Shown: one piece after another, positions 13,901 through 27,609 of the stretch
Position numbering within the stretch: the first letter of the stretch is position 1
Layout of the letters: each line of letters opens with the position of its first letter
Source: Octopus vulgaris
Taxonomy: Eukaryota
DNA: 64,000 nucleotides
Assembly: GCA_951406725.2 (NCBI GenBank)
Contig: OX597835.1
Coordinates: 28,148,001 to 28,212,000 of the forward strand
Direction: 5' to 3'
Translations under genes and position numbers: made by a program
Notes under the pieces: generated by a model
Told to the model about the DNA's origin: nothing
The model's input: the letters and a program-made list of their open reading frames with translations, nothing else
The model's database searches: none

Positions 13901-14764
13901 ACCTTCCTTATTCTTCTTCATATGAAATAAATTGGTTATATTTCTACAATACACAGAATATTTTAATTGTTTTTTTTCTGCAATTCCAAATAATATTTAA
14001 TTTTAAAAATATAATAGGGCTTTTTAAAACACTGAATGGTTAGGAGGGTCCAATGTGTTAAATAGAAATCAAAAACCCATTGACAAAATATGGTTTAGTA
14101 TTCAGATTATTCATTCAAATTGTTCCAAATCAATCGTGCATTATCTTGTAGCTTCAACATTTTGATATGATTGTTTATTTTTGGAATGACAGTGTAGGGT
14201 TGGTGTGAGAAACCAGATCTAGCTGCTTTCAGCATAAAACAAGGAGAATATTTGGGCTGGATATGATTGGTTTAAAGGCTAAAGGGTTTGATGATGGTGA
14301 TGATGGTAGCAGTGCTGCTGCAGCTGCAAAAATTACAATTAAAATATTTTGTGTATTGTAAAAATATTACCACTATTTGACCTGGGAAAAGACAAGCCGT
14401 TCGTTAAAATAATTTAACTCAAATTATGCAAGGTATGTTGTTGTGTGAAGCCAGAAGGTTCAACTAATAAACAAAAGTTGGTTTTGTGTCATAAACTGTG
14501 ATTTGTTTATTTCCTATGAAGAAAGAAGAAAAATAACTCAGGTGAACACCCTCCAGGTGTGGTGATTCTGTAATGTTTGCCAGAGGTTGTACATATCTAC
14601 CTGCAAATGCATAAATAAATACCTACTTATACATATACATACATACCTACCTACCTACCTACATATATATATATAAAGTTAATCCAAACAAGAAAGCACA
14701 AAAAAACACAACGCAAGAACGTGGAACAAATATAGTATTATTGGATGCTAAGGAAAGAAGGAGG

Positions 14765-14799
14765 GTTTAACATTTCGAGCGGAGCTCTTCGTCAGAAAC
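14765..14799 (-). ncRNA. Minimal hammerhead-like motif within a short repeat (about 14678-14856)
   Basis: Reverse complement: gttt-CTGACGA-A-gagc-tcc-gctc-GAAA-tg-TT-aaac. Confidence 0.6.
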
Positions 14800-14953
14800 A
14801 TAGGAGAAGGGAAGACAGAGGGAAAAAAATCGCCAACGGTACACATACATACACATACATATATGTAAACAGGTGTATGTATATGTACATAATTTCTGCC
14901 AGGAGTTGCACACCTACAAACACACACACATACTTACATAAATATAAGTGTCC

Positions 14954-14985
<32 letters not shown>

Positions 14986-15069
14986 CCGTCCCCATGCAAA
15001 CACACACACATACTTACATAAATATAAGTGTCCGTATATATATATATATATATATTTTTTTTATATTTT

Positions 15070-15279
15070 CTTACTTGTTTCAGTCATTTGACTGTGGCCA
15101 TGCTGGAGCACTGCCTTCAGTCGAACAAATCAACCACAGGACTTATTCTTTGTAAGCCTAGTACTTATTCTATCCGTCTCTTTTGCCGAACCGCTAAGTT
15201 ATGGGGATGTAAACGCGCCAACATTGGTTGTCAAGCAATGGTAGGGGGAGAAACACAGACACACAAATGCATACGTACG

Positions 15280-15310
<31 letters not shown>

Positions 15311-15460
15311 GATGGGATTCTTTCAGTTTCTGTCTACCAAATCCACTCACTAGCCTAAGGCTATAGCAGAAGACACTTGCCCAAAGTGCCACACAGTGGG
15401 ACTGAACCCAGAACCATGTGGTTGGAAAGCAAGCTTCTTACCAGACAGCCACGCCTGCAC
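15070..15460 (-). mobile_element. SINE family A
   Basis: Reverse complement of the family A pattern. Confidence 0.85.
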
Positions 15461-15462
15461 CA

Positions 15463-15506
<44 letters not shown>

Positions 15507-15869
15507 TTATTTGTGCGTGTGTATATATTTATATATATATGTGTGTGTGTGTGTATATATTTATATATATATGTGTGTATATATTTATATATATATGTGT
15601 GTGTATATATACATGTGTGTGCATATATTTATATATATGTGTGTGTATATATATGTGTATGTGTGTATATATATATGTGTATGTGTGTATATATATATGT
15701 GTATGTGTGTATATATATATATGTGTGTGTGTATATATATATGTGTGTGTGTATATATATGTATGTGTGTATATATATATATGTGTGTGTGTATATATAT
15801 ATGTGTGTGTGTATATATATATGTGTGTGTGTGTATATATATATGTGTGTGTGTATATATATGTGTATA

Positions 15870-15911
<42 letters not shown>
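15463..15911. repeat. (TA)n/(TG)n compound microsatellite
   Basis: Directly visible. Confidence 0.95.
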
Positions 15912-15912
<1 letters not shown>

Positions 15913-16636
15913 TATGTATTCTGCTAACAAAATGCATGTTTATTCACTGCAAGGCTGTTAGATGTTTCTACCCTACCCTGTCATACCTACTTAAAGCAAA
16001 GTGGACTAGTCCACTTGACAGTTAAGTGTCTCGATACTTATACTCTGTCGTGTAGCGCAAGAGACTGGTTGCTATCAAACTGCCAGCTTCTCAGGTGGAT
16101 TAAATTATAATCGTACAGATTTACTAATTAACCGTGTTTCCAGGTGAAAAATGCCTTGATTTTTCTACATCTTCACCGTGTTTTGATCTGATTGATCTCC
16201 GATCATTGCCAGATCTCGTCGGTCCAGTGCATGGATCAATAGCATTGTGGATGAGGGCATTACTTTAGAGTCAGTTTAGGGCCCCAGTTAGAATCCAGCC
16301 AGGTGCTATGTACATATTATAAAAATAACTGATGATGATCAGAGGTCAAACTGATTGGCACATATTGGAGATATGTAGATATTAAAACATCGTTAATCTG
16401 TTAGAGATGAATTTAATTGAAATAAATATTGAAATATCAACTAATAAGCAAAACATATCTTTGACATTTAATGACAGTCGATTGTCTGGTAGTGTTTACT
16501 TAGCTGTGAACACATGCACACCCATGTGCATACACATACATACACATATGTATCTATGCGTGCAACCAAATGAGGGATACTCTACAAAGGTTGCACAACC
16601 TGCTAGAAATAGCAGTCAAATTTTCTTGAATGTATA

Positions 16637-16838
16637 CTCTTTTTACTCTTTTACTTGTTTCAGTCATTTGACTGCGGCCATGCTGGAGCACCGCCTTTAG
16701 TCGAGCAAATCGATCCCGGGACTTATTCTTTGTAAGCCCAGTACTTATTCTATCAGTCTCTTTTGCCGAACCGCTAAGTGACGGGGACGTAAACACACCG
16801 GCATCAGTTGTCAAGCAATGCTAGGGGGACAAACACAG

Positions 16839-16879
<41 letters not shown>

Positions 16880-17036
16880 TACGACAGGCTTCTTTCAGTT
16901 TCCGTCTACCAAATCCACTCACAAGGCATTGGTCGGCCCGGGGCTATAGCAGAAGACACTTGCCCAAGATGCCACGCAGTGGGACTGAACCCGGAACCAT
17001 GTGGTTGTTTAGCAAGCTACTTACCACACAGCCACT
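16637..17036 (-). mobile_element. SINE family A, young copy
   Basis: Almost identical to the reverse complement of 22513-22908; CpGs retained. Confidence 0.88.
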
Positions 17037-17066
17037 TGCAACCCTTAAAAAAAAAAAAGAAAATAA

Positions 17067-17631
17067 TTGGGTTGTCTGGAAAGTTCGTGCCGATTTTTAA
17101 AGGAAAGAAAAAGGTCAATAAATACTTGCCATTACATTTTTAATCAACCAAATAGGAACCGTTTTGTTGCCCAATGCGTCTCCATCTTTCCTTTAACTTG
17201 AAAATACCCTCTTCTCAGAATTGAGGTGGTTTCATGGCAAAGAATTCATCAAGGTATCTTTTTACGTCATCCAAGGAATTGAAATTTTTACCATTAAGAC
17301 TATTCTGCAGAGACCTAAATAAGTGGAAATTCGAAGGAGCAATATCTTGTGAATATGGAGGGTGGGGTAACACATCTCAGCCAAGCTGCAGCAATTTTTG
17401 CCTGGTTCCCATAGCATCAAGTGCCGAAAATGAACATTCTTACCTTCCATTTTAAAGGGTTACAGAATTAACACAGGTTATAGGAACATAAACCTTCTTC
17501 CACGAAAAGATAGCTTAAAATGTGCTCTAAATGGAGGTGTAGTCAAATCCTATTTTATGGACTCAACCATGTTCTAAAAAAGTCGAAAGGTAAGCTACTA
17601 TACATCGGCATGAACTTTCCGGACAACCCAA
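17067..17631 (-). mobile_element. Internally deleted mariner transposon with both TIRs
   Basis: 28-bp TIRs at 17067-17094 and 17604-17631 (2 mismatches), TA at the right end. Minus strand: MEGKNVHFRHLMLWE joined to DVLPHPPYSQDIAPSNFHLFRSLQNSLNGKNF...GIFKLKERWRRIGQQNGSYLVD*, matching the mariner YSPDLAPSD motif. Confidence 0.92.
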
Positions 17632-17692
17632 TACATTGGTAGAACGTCTCTGGTTACAGGTTTGTTTGATCAGCGTTTATCTGATATAGAAG

Positions 17693-18120
17693 CAGGTATG
17701 GCTGTATAGTAAGAAGTTTGCTTCTCAACCACATGGTTCCGAGTTCAGTCCCAGTGCATGGCACCTTGGGCAAGTGTCCTCTCATTATAGCCCTCAGGTC
17801 AACCGAAGCCTTGTGAATGGATTTGGCTAATGGAAACTGAAAGATCACCATGTGTGTGTGTGTGTGTGTCAGTGTTTGCCTCCCACCACTGTTTGGCAAA
17901 TGATGTTGGTTTGTTTACATCCCTGTAACTTAGCGGTTTGGCAACTGATGTTGGTTTGTTTACATCCCTGTAACTTAGCAGTTTGGCAAAAAAGACTGAT
18001 AGAATAAGTACCAGGCTTAAAAAAGGGTGAAAAAAAAATGTACTGGGGTCAGTTTGTCTCACTAAATTTCTTCAAGGCAGCGCTCCAGCATGGCCAGAGT
18101 CTGATGACCGAAACAAGTAA
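17693..18120 (+). mobile_element. SINE family A, older subfamily with an internal ~42-bp duplication
   Basis: Family A head and tail; tgatgttggtttgtttacatccctgtaacttagc is repeated twice. Confidence 0.75.
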
Positions 18121-18546
18121 GTAATGGATAAGATGTGTGTGTGAGCCTATAGGGAAGAACACTACATGGTTTGTTCTGCTTTTAGAAATAGCAGCCAAAT
18201 CTCTCACATTGGTTAATGCTGTCCTAGGTTTATTGAATGTGTAGGAAAACATGCAGCTGACACTCCTTTTGTTTTAGTTCTGGTTTATCTGGGTCAACCT
18301 AGGGTTAAATGATAGCAATAACAACAGACATACACACTCACACACAAACAAACATGTTCATATATACATATAAATACGTACATAAAAACATATACACACA
18401 TATATAAACACACACACACATGCACTCGTACACATGTTTATTATACATTCGCATAAACATGCAAAATCACACTACATAAACAAAGAAACACACACACACA
18501 AACATCCATGTACACACACACACATACGCAGTTATATTTACATTAT

Positions 18547-18714
18547 ATAGGCGTAGGAGTGGCTGTGTGGTAAGTAGTTTGTTTACCAACCACATGGTTC
18601 CAGGTTCAGTCCCACTGTGTGGCATCTTGGGCAAGTGTCTTCTGCTATAGCCTCGGGTCGACCAAAGCCTTGTGAGTGGATTTGGTAGACGGAAACTGAA
18701 AGAAGCCCATCGTA

Positions 18715-18760
<46 letters not shown>

Positions 18761-18961
18761 TGTGTGTCTGTGTTTGTCCCCATAGCATTGCTTGACAACC
18801 GATGCTGGTGTGTTTATGTCCCCATTACTTAGCAGTTCGGCAAAAGAGACTGATAGAATAAGTACTGGGCTTACAAAAGAATAAGTCCCGGGGTCGAGTT
18901 GCTCGATTAAAGGCAGTGCTCCAGCATGGCCGCAGTCAAATGACTGAAATGAGTAAAAGAG
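18547..18961 (+). mobile_element. SINE family A
   Basis: Full head ggcgtaggagtggctgtgtgg through to the tail gtaaaagag. Confidence 0.88.
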
Positions 18962-18966
18962 TATAT

Positions 18967-19007
<41 letters not shown>

Positions 19008-19540
19008 GACACATTTACACACACACACACAAATACATATTTCTATTTACACATCTATATGCATACTCTCTCTTTCTCTCTCTCACACACACATACACAT
19101 GCACACACACACATTCCTACATGCATGTATATGTTCTTACTCATACACACACACACAAACACACATACAGATCTACACATATATACACATGATGCACTTA
19201 CACACATAACATATATATTTATAGCAGGTTGAATAACCGTGTGGAGGCAGCAATGTTGGCTCACACTCACATGTATGTATGTATAATGGTGGTGGTGGTG
19301 GTGATGGTTGCGGTGGGGTGGAGGTGGTGGGGTGGTTGTGGCGGGGTGCTGTTGGTGGTGTCATGAACTGGGTTTTGGCCTTCCTCTCTAAAATGTGACC
19401 AACCTGTTAGATATCCACTCCATCCCTGTATTGACATCATTCCCCCCCAGTCTGATCTACTTTAATGCACTGTAACTTTGTTTTTTGTTTTTTTTGTTGG
19501 AACTCATGTTTGTCTTATAAGTCAGTGTCCTACTTTGTTT

Positions 19541-19589
<49 letters not shown>

Positions 19590-19660
19590 ATGATGGCTAG
19601 CCGCTCGTGACTGAGGAAGATCATCACTGACCATCAGGTACATTGTGACCTCAGTCAAAT

Positions 19661-21932
19661 TTGTGTGTGTATACACACACATGTATATATATATATGTGC
19701 GTATATGTATATATATGTATATATATATGTGTATATATATGTGTATATATATGTGTGTGTATATATGTGTGTATATATATGTGTGTATATATGTGTATAT
19801 ATATGTGTATATATATGTGTGTATATATATGTGTGTATATATGTGTGTGTATATATGTGTGTATATATGTGTATATATATGTGTATATATATATGTGTAT
19901 ATATATATGTGTATATATATATATGTGTATATATATATGTATATGTATATATATATATGTGTATATATATATGTAAATGTATATATATATATGTGTATAT
20001 ATATATGTAAATGTATATATATATATATGTGTATATATATATGTAAATATATGTATATATATGTGTATATATATGTGCGTGTATATATATATGTATATAT
20101 ATGTGTGTATATATATAATGTATATATATGTGTGTATATATATAATGTATATATGTGTGTATATATATAATGTATATATGTGTGTATATATATAATGTAT
20201 ATATATGTGTGTATATATATAATGTATATATATGTGTGTATATATATATGTATATATATGTGTGTATATATAGATGTATATATATATGTATATATATGTG
20301 TGTGTATATATATATGTATATATATGTGTGTGTATATATATATGTATATATATGTGTGTGTATATATATATGTATATATATGTGTGTGTATATATATATG
20401 TATATATATGTGTGTGTATATATATATGTGTATATATGTGTGTATATATATGTGTGTGTATATATGTGTGTATATATGTGTGTGTATATATATGTATATA
20501 TATGTGTGTATATATATATGTGTATATATATATATGTATATATGTGTATATATATATGTATATATGTGTATATATGTGTATGTATATATGTGTATATATG
20601 TGTATATATGTGTATATATGTGTATGTATATATGTGTATATATGTGTGTATATATGTGTGTATATATGTGTGTATATATGTGTATATATATGTGTGTATG
20701 TATATATGTGTGTATATATGTGTGTATATATGTGTGTATATATGTGTGTATATATGTGTGTATATATGTGTGTATATATATGTGTGTATATATGTGTGTA
20801 TATATATGTGTATATATATATGTGTATATATATGTGTATATATGTGTGTATATATATATGTATATATGTGTGTGTATATATATGTATATATGTGTGTGTA
20901 TATATATGTGTATATATATGTGTATATATATGTGTATATATATATGTGTATATATATATGTGTATATATATGTGTGTATATATGTGTATATATGTGTGTG
21001 TATATATATGTATATATGTGTGTGTATATATATATATATATATGTGTGTATATATGTATATATATATGTATATATATATATGTGTGTATATATATATGTA
21101 TGTATATATATGTGTGTATATATATATGTATATATATATATGTGTGTATATATGTATATATATATATGTGTGTATATATGTGTATATATATGTATATATA
21201 TATATGTATATATATATATGTGTGTATATATATGTATATATATATATATATGTGTGTATATATATGTATATATATATATATATGTGTGTATATATATGTA
21301 TATATATATATATATGTGTGTATATATATGTATATATATATATATGTGTGTATATATATGTATATATATATATATATGTGTGTATATATATGTATATATA
21401 TATATATGTGTGTATATATATGTATATATATATATATGTGTGTATATATATGTATATATATATATGTGTGTATATATGTATATATATATATGTGTGTATA
21501 TATATGTATATATATATATATATATGTGTGTATATATATGTATATATATGTATATATATATGTGTGTATATATATGTATATATATGTATATATATATGTG
21601 TGTATATATATGTATGTATATATATGTGTGTATATATATGTATATATATATATGTGTGTATATATATGTATATATATATATGTGTGTATATATATGTATA
21701 TATATATATGTGTGTATATATATGTATTTATATATATGTGTATATATATATGTGTGTATATATATGTATATATATATATGTGTGTATATATATGTATATA
21801 TATATATGTGTGTATATATATGTATTTATATATATGTGTATATATATATGTAATAATAATGTAATAATAATATATGTATATATATGTGTATATATATGTA
21901 TATACGTAAATATATATATATATATATATATG
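19661..21932. repeat. Giant ~2.3 kb (TA)n/(TG)n compound microsatellite
   Basis: Near-pure alternating purine-pyrimidine sequence; the source of the 550-810 aa artefact ORFs. Confidence 0.97.
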
Positions 21933-21939
21933 TGATGTT

Positions 21940-22260
21940 GTAGGGGAGAAATGTGTCCGCATGGATGATGGTTCACTTGCACTAAATGAGGCTGCAAAGA
22001 GAGGGGTTTGGAGACGCCACTATGAAAGGTTGCTCATTAAAGAAAATGAATGGGAGTAAGAGAGTCTGCCAAATGTCAACCCAACAGAGGGACCCGCTAT
22101 CCCAGTTGACAGTACCCTGGTAGATAAAGCAATTAAGATTATGAAGACAGAGAAAGCCCCCAGTCCATCAGAAATTACTGCAGAGATGCTCAAAATACCT
22201 GGCAGTGTCAGCTATAGCCTAGTCACCCATATAGTTAACCAGGTGATACATGAAGGAGTC
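21940..22260 (+). mobile_element. RTE LINE internal fragment (region leading into the RT domain)
   Basis: VDKAIKIMKTEKAPSPSEITAEMLK...LVTHIVNQVIHEG resembles the KAPGPD..I..EMLK motif of LINE ORF2. Confidence 0.75.
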
Positions 22261-22346
22261 AATATATATATAAAATGTGATCGTGTGTGTATCGTTGGCG
22301 ATTTTCTTTCTCCGTCTTCCCTTCCTTGGATCTTTCCTTTTCCTAT

Positions 22347-22381
22347 GTTTCTGACAAAGAGCTCCGCTCGAAACGTTAAAT
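22347..22381 (+). ncRNA. Minimal hammerhead-like motif, second copy of the 14.7 kb family (about 22285-22475), core mutated
   Basis: gttt-CTGACAA-A-gagc-tcc-gctc-GAAA-cg-TT-aaat. The flanks match the reverse complement of 14678-14856. Confidence 0.55.
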
Positions 22382-22512
22382 CCTCCTTCCTTCTTTCTTT
22401 CCTTTCCTGAGCGTCCAATAACACTATACTTGTTCCACGTCCTCGCGTTGTTGTGTTTTCATGTTTGGATTAACTATATATATATATATATATAAATAAT
22501 AAATATATATAC

Positions 22513-22908
22513 ATAGGCGCAGGAGTGGCTGTGTGGTAAGTAGCTTGCTAACCAACCACATGGTTCCGGGTTCAGTCCCACTGCGTGGCATCTTGGGCAA
22601 GTGTCTTCTGCTATAGCCCCGGGCCGACCAATGCCTTGTGAGTGGATTTGGTAGACGGAAACTGAAAGAAGCCTGTCGTATATATGTATATATATATATG
22701 TGTGTGTGTTTGTGTCTGTGTTTGTCCCCCTAGCATTTCTTGACAACCAATGCTGGTATGCTTACGTCCCCGTCACTTAGCGGTTCGGCAAAAGAGACCG
22801 ATAGAATAAGTACTGGGCTTACAAAGAATAAGTCCTGGGGTCGATTTGCTCGACTAAAGGCGGTGCTCCAGCATGGCCGCAGTCAAATGACTGAAACAAG
22901 TAAAAGAG
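22513..22908 (+). mobile_element. SINE family A, young copy
   Basis: Complete head, body and tail. Confidence 0.88.
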
Positions 22909-22929
22909 TAAAAGACATGTATATTGCCA

Positions 22930-23339
22930 TGATTGACTGCGAGCAACTGAAGCTTTTTTTTATTCTCTCTCTATCTGAAAGTTTTGGTTTTCTTCCGGAG
23001 TTTTGTTTTGATTTGGCAGTTTTTCCCTCTTTCTCAAGGGCTGTCATTACTTTCGAGACAGTACTTCTTGATACACCTAACATTTCGGCTATTTTCGTTA
23101 TGCCTGCCATACGAGCACCAACAATTTGACCTCTTTGAAAGTCTGATAGATCTGTCATTTTAATGAATTTGAATTACCTTTTTCTGATGATATCTGAAAA
23201 AGAACAGCAATTTTAGCAAATCATATTAAGCAACACTAATAATAAATGAAAAAACATAAAAATAAACACGCTTTTGATGGTTTCATAGATATTTCAAAAT
23301 TATGATGCTAAGTGTTTCTATTATTTTGTTCAACCTTTG
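22930..23339 (-). mobile_element. Tc1-like transposon 5' fragment
   Basis: MTDLSDFQRGQIVGARMAGITKIAEMLGVSRSTVSKVM...SGRKPKLSDR, a Tc1 HTH with a GRPR-like motif; terminal TA-CAAAGGTTGAACAAAATAATAGAAACAC on the minus strand. Confidence 0.85.
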
Positions 23340-23479
23340 TATATGTAGATACATACATACATACATGCATGCATGCATGCATGCATACATACATACATAC
23401 ATACATACATACATACATTTATATATATATTCATGTGCACATATATGTATCCATACATATGTGGATATTTACATGTATG

Positions 23480-23937
23480 TGGTGCATATGGATAAGGACA
23501 GCTGTGTAAAGAAGTGCCAAGCTCTAGTTGTGGAGGGTACCTGTGGAAAAGTTAGACCCAGGAAGATATTGGATGAAGTGGTGGGAAAAGAGCTTTGGAT
23601 GCTGGGCCTCACTGAAGAAAGACAAGAGACCAGGAGATGTGCTGTACTTGATAAGATGTATCAAGCTAAGTAAAATCGCTGCCATCCATACATACAAACT
23701 TGTCCTTTCAGGTGCTGGTTCCACATTAAAAGCACCCATACTGGTGCTGTGTACGCTCACCTGTGCTGGCGGCACATGAAGAGGCATCCAGCACACTCTG
23801 GTAAGGGTTTGGTGTTAGGAAGAGCATTAAGCTGTAGAGATCATGCCACAACTGACAGTTGGGAGTCTGGACAGCTCCAGGTCAAACTGTCCAACCTATG
23901 CCAGCATGGAAAGGGGACGTTAAATGATGAATGATGA
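23480..23937 (+). mobile_element. RTE LINE 3' fragment
   Basis: VVHMDKDSCVKKCQALVVEGTCGKVRPRKILDEVV followed by the family B 3'UTR and tgatga tail. Confidence 0.8.
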
Positions 23938-24047
23938 CAGTTATTTTACTAAATTCTACTCTATTTTCAAAATTAATTTAAATGAAATTAATTTCACCCA
24001 TTAATGTTTAAATCAGTCATATCAGGCCTAAATATTCTCAAAAATGA

Positions 24048-24253
24048 AGTAAAAACAACCGGAAAAATAATTCAGAATTCTTGTCCGGTACCAGATCGAT
24101 CCCAAAATCTAATCAGTTCGTGCCAGTGCCAAGGCCAAACATCCCTGAAAGTTTCATCCAGATCCATCCAGTGGTTCTTGAGATATTTTGTCCACGGACA
24201 AACAAACACAACTGAAAACAATACCCCTGCCTTCACTATGGCAAAGGTAATAA
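24048..24253 (-). mobile_element. Helentron-associated (HINE/DINE-like) non-autonomous element
   Basis: Reverse complement of 63810-64000. Terminus attacctccgccttagcgaaggcagaggta with a short hairpin followed by (TTTG)n, also seen at 5776-5830. Confidence 0.55.
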
Positions 24254-25661
24254 ACGCAACATATCTTAGACATTTAACACTTATGTTACCAAATATCTGT
24301 TTAACCCTTTAGCATTCAGATTATTCAATCAACTGTAATACTTATTTATCCACATTGTTTTGGATAATCATAGATTACCACCATATCTTTGAGATTCCTA
24401 TCGTGTTATTGTCTATTTTTAGCATGACATTGAAATTAAGTGCTTTGCTCAAGAACACAACACAACGCCCAGTCTGGGAATCGAACCCACAATCTCGCAG
24501 TCGTGAGTGCAACACCCTAACCACTAAGCCATGTGCCTTCACAACTTTGGAGATGCACACACACACACACACACACACACATGGTGCCAGGTAGGATTTG
24601 AACTAGGGCCCTAAACTGAATATAAGTAATAGTCTTATCCACAACATGTACTAGATCCAGGTACTAGAATGATGTGATCAGATGTTGATTGAAGATTGAA
24701 CAGCTTAAAGTATAAAGTGGATCTTCTATTTTCTTTTACTTGTTTCATTCATTCGACTGTGGCCATGCTGGGGCAACGCCATGCAAAGACCATATGATAA
24801 TCTGATAGATAATCTATTTAGATGCCTATATCTCTTTCTAAGGGAGGTCACCAGGGGAAAGAGTTGCATCATCTCAATGGATTCATCAAATAATCACCCG
24901 CGGATGGATACCAGTGGCTAGCAAAGAGTTAAGTAATTTGTCTAACAGCCGAATCAACATAGAATTGGTCTCGTTCCTGTTACACGTGCTGCAGTCACCA
25001 CAGAGTCTGAGAAAAAGTCACATTTCTAATATAGCATTTCCTGTAATGCCTGTTTTCCACAATATACTACGAAGTACTTTTTATATTTTAACAAAGAAAA
25101 AACCCTTATTTAAATGTCAGAAGAAAATGTTTTATGTATGCCACAGATTGCAATTGGGTGACCTTCTACGCGGTCATGCAACATGCTAGAACTAACAGCT
25201 AAAATCTTCCCTCAAATCACATCTTATCAGTTTGTTGGATTTTTTTTTAGAAAGGACACATTATATATTATAGTCTGAGATACAATATTGTCAAAAAGAT
25301 ACGAACAGGATAGGCATGGTTGGAAGTTCTTGATCTATGAAAGTTGGCAAGGGTTTAAGCAACAAAAATAACTGCAGGAGCCTCTGCATGATCATCAAAC
25401 CTACTAGACACAACAGCTAAACTCCCTCAAATTGCTTCTTTCAACCTTAGGAAAAGACTTCGGACTATGTAATCATAGGTGTAGGAGTGGCTGTGTGGTA
25501 AGTAGCTTGCTTACCAACCACATGGTTCCGAGTTCAGTCCCACTGCGTGGCACCTTGGGCAAGTGTCTTCTACTATAGCTTCAGGCTGACCAAAGCCTTC
25601 TGAGTGCATTTGGTAGATGGAAACCGAAAGAAGCCCGTCATATATATGTATATATATATAT

Positions 25662-25902
25662 AAATAGGAAAAAAGCAACAAGAATGGATTAAAATCTCAG
25701 TACGATCGTTTCGTACGAGGACATCTTTAATAAGCTACAAAAAATGCAGTGAATACAGAATCCATTCTTGTTGCTTTTTTCCTATTTGTAATCACCCCAC
25801 TTGTCGTATGGTTAACACCATATAGATTTCCGGTGCATCCTAGCTAAGGACCATATTCATGTGAATTCTTTAGAATTCACTAGAATCTCAATTACTTAAC
25901 CG
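25662..25902. mobile_element. Putative Penelope-like terminal remnant with a perfect 29-bp inverted repeat
   Basis: 25662-25690 is the exact reverse complement of 25759-25787. Inserted in the (TA)n of a SINE; the minus strand has GAAAC-GATC-GTA. Confidence 0.5.
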
Positions 25903-25962
<60 letters not shown>

Positions 25963-26245
25963 TGTGTCTGGACTGGAGTAACAAAGTGAAATAAAGTGTC
26001 TTGCTTAAGGAGACAATGTAACACTGGGAATTGAACATGCAACCTTACGATCATGAGCTGAATATCCTAACCACTGAGCCATGTGCCTAATTTCACTTAC
26101 CAGGCGTGAGTCAAATTGAGGCTATGTAGAGATAATTAGTCAAGACACCAAGCAGTGGGATTGAACCCAAGGCCTTCATGATTACAAAGCAAACTTCTCA
26201 ACCATTCTGTCATACCTGCATTGACAATATGATAATGCTGTAATG

Positions 26246-26851
26246 TGGTGAGCTGGCAGAAATGTTAGCACGCCGGGCGAAATGCTTAGCGGTATTTCGT
26301 CTGCCGCTACGTTCTGAGTTCAAATTCCGCCGAGGTCGACTTTGTTTTCATCCTTTTGGGGTTGATTAAATAAGTACCAGTTATGCACTGGGGTCGATAT
26401 AATCGACTTAATCCGTTTGTCTGTCCTTGTTTGTCTTCTCTGTGTTTAGCCCCTTGTGGGTAGTAAAGAAATAGGTATTTCATCTGTCTTTACATTCTGA
26501 GTTCAAATTCCGCTGAGGTCGACTTTGCCTTTCATCCTTTCGGGGTCGATTAAATAAGTACCAGTTACGCACTGGGATCGATATAATCGACTTAATCCAT
26601 TTGTCTGTCCTTGTTTGTCCACTCTGTGTTTAGCCCCTTGTGGGCAGTAAAGAAATAGGTATTCCATCTGTCTTTACATTCTTAGTTCAAATTCCTCAGT
26701 GGTTGACTTTGCCTTTCATTCTTTCGGGGGTCGATAAATTAAGTACCAGTTGCGTACTGGGGTCAATCTAATTGACTGCCCCCCTCCCATAAATTTGTGC
26801 CTATATATATATATACATACATGTGTGCCTTGTGCCTAGAATAGGAAAGAA
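26246..26851 (+). mobile_element. SINE family H multimer (one head plus three bodies)
   Basis: Head ggtgagctggcagaaatgttagc; body ctgagttcaaattcc...gcctttcatcctttcggggtcga...gtaccag repeated three times. Confidence 0.85.
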
Positions 26852-27404
26852 TATAATAATGCTGTATCTAGTAACTACTAAATGTTGATTGAATGCAGTT
26901 AGAGCTAGCTTCAAATGTATAATTCATGTAATTGGCAAGCTGTTTTGATAACTTCCAGATTTCTCAATTAGCCAAGTTGTTGGTCTGTTCATTAATTTAT
27001 CCGGCGGTCTTAATCACTTGTAATATGCCACTAGAGTTGACACAGTCTCCTAGTTTCTAGCAATGATATTTAACATTATTCCAGCTGTGAACAGGTGTTA
27101 CTGTTTTCAGCTAGAAACGACAATGAGGGCGATAAAATATAGTATCAACAATGTAATATAACAATATAATAACAGGTTTTGTTGTTGTTGCTGCTATTAT
27201 TAAGGTGGTGAGCTGACAGAATTGTTATCACGCTGGGCAAAATGTTTAGTGGCATTTTGTCCATCTTTACATTCCGAGTTCAAATGCTGCTGAGGTCAAC
27301 TTTGCCTTTCATCCTTTCTGGGTCGATAAATTAAGTACCTGTGAAGCACTGGGGTTGATGTAATCGACTAAAATTTCAGGCCTTGTGTCATTAGTAGGAA
27401 GGAT

Positions 27405-27466
27405 TATTATTGTTGTTGTTATTATTATTATTATTATTATTATCATCATCATCATCATCATTATTA

Positions 27467-27525
<59 letters not shown>

Positions 27526-27571
27526 GTTATTATTATTATTATTATCATCATTATCATTATTATTATCATCA

Positions 27572-27609
<38 letters not shown>
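27405..27609. repeat. (ATT/ATC)n trinucleotide microsatellite, tail of a SINE H copy
   Basis: Directly visible. Confidence 0.95.

Noticed and set aside
16144-16300. Possible first FATP exon after the acceptor-like tttccag
   Set aside because: The frame I translated hits an early stop; no transmembrane segment and no convincing donor.
16808-17143. Recurring ORFs ending ...EDTCPRCHAVGLNPEPCGW, seen at many loci as if a gene family
   Set aside because: They are antisense readings of SINE family A.
19530-21962. 810, 569, 557 and 553 aa ORFs
   Set aside because: They are translations of a TA/TG microsatellite that cannot encode stop codons; composition is almost entirely Y/I/H/T or Y/I/C/V/M.
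23180-23205. CTGATGA-tatct-GAAA
   Set aside because: No room for helix II; it lies in the Tc1 5' region and is probably chance.
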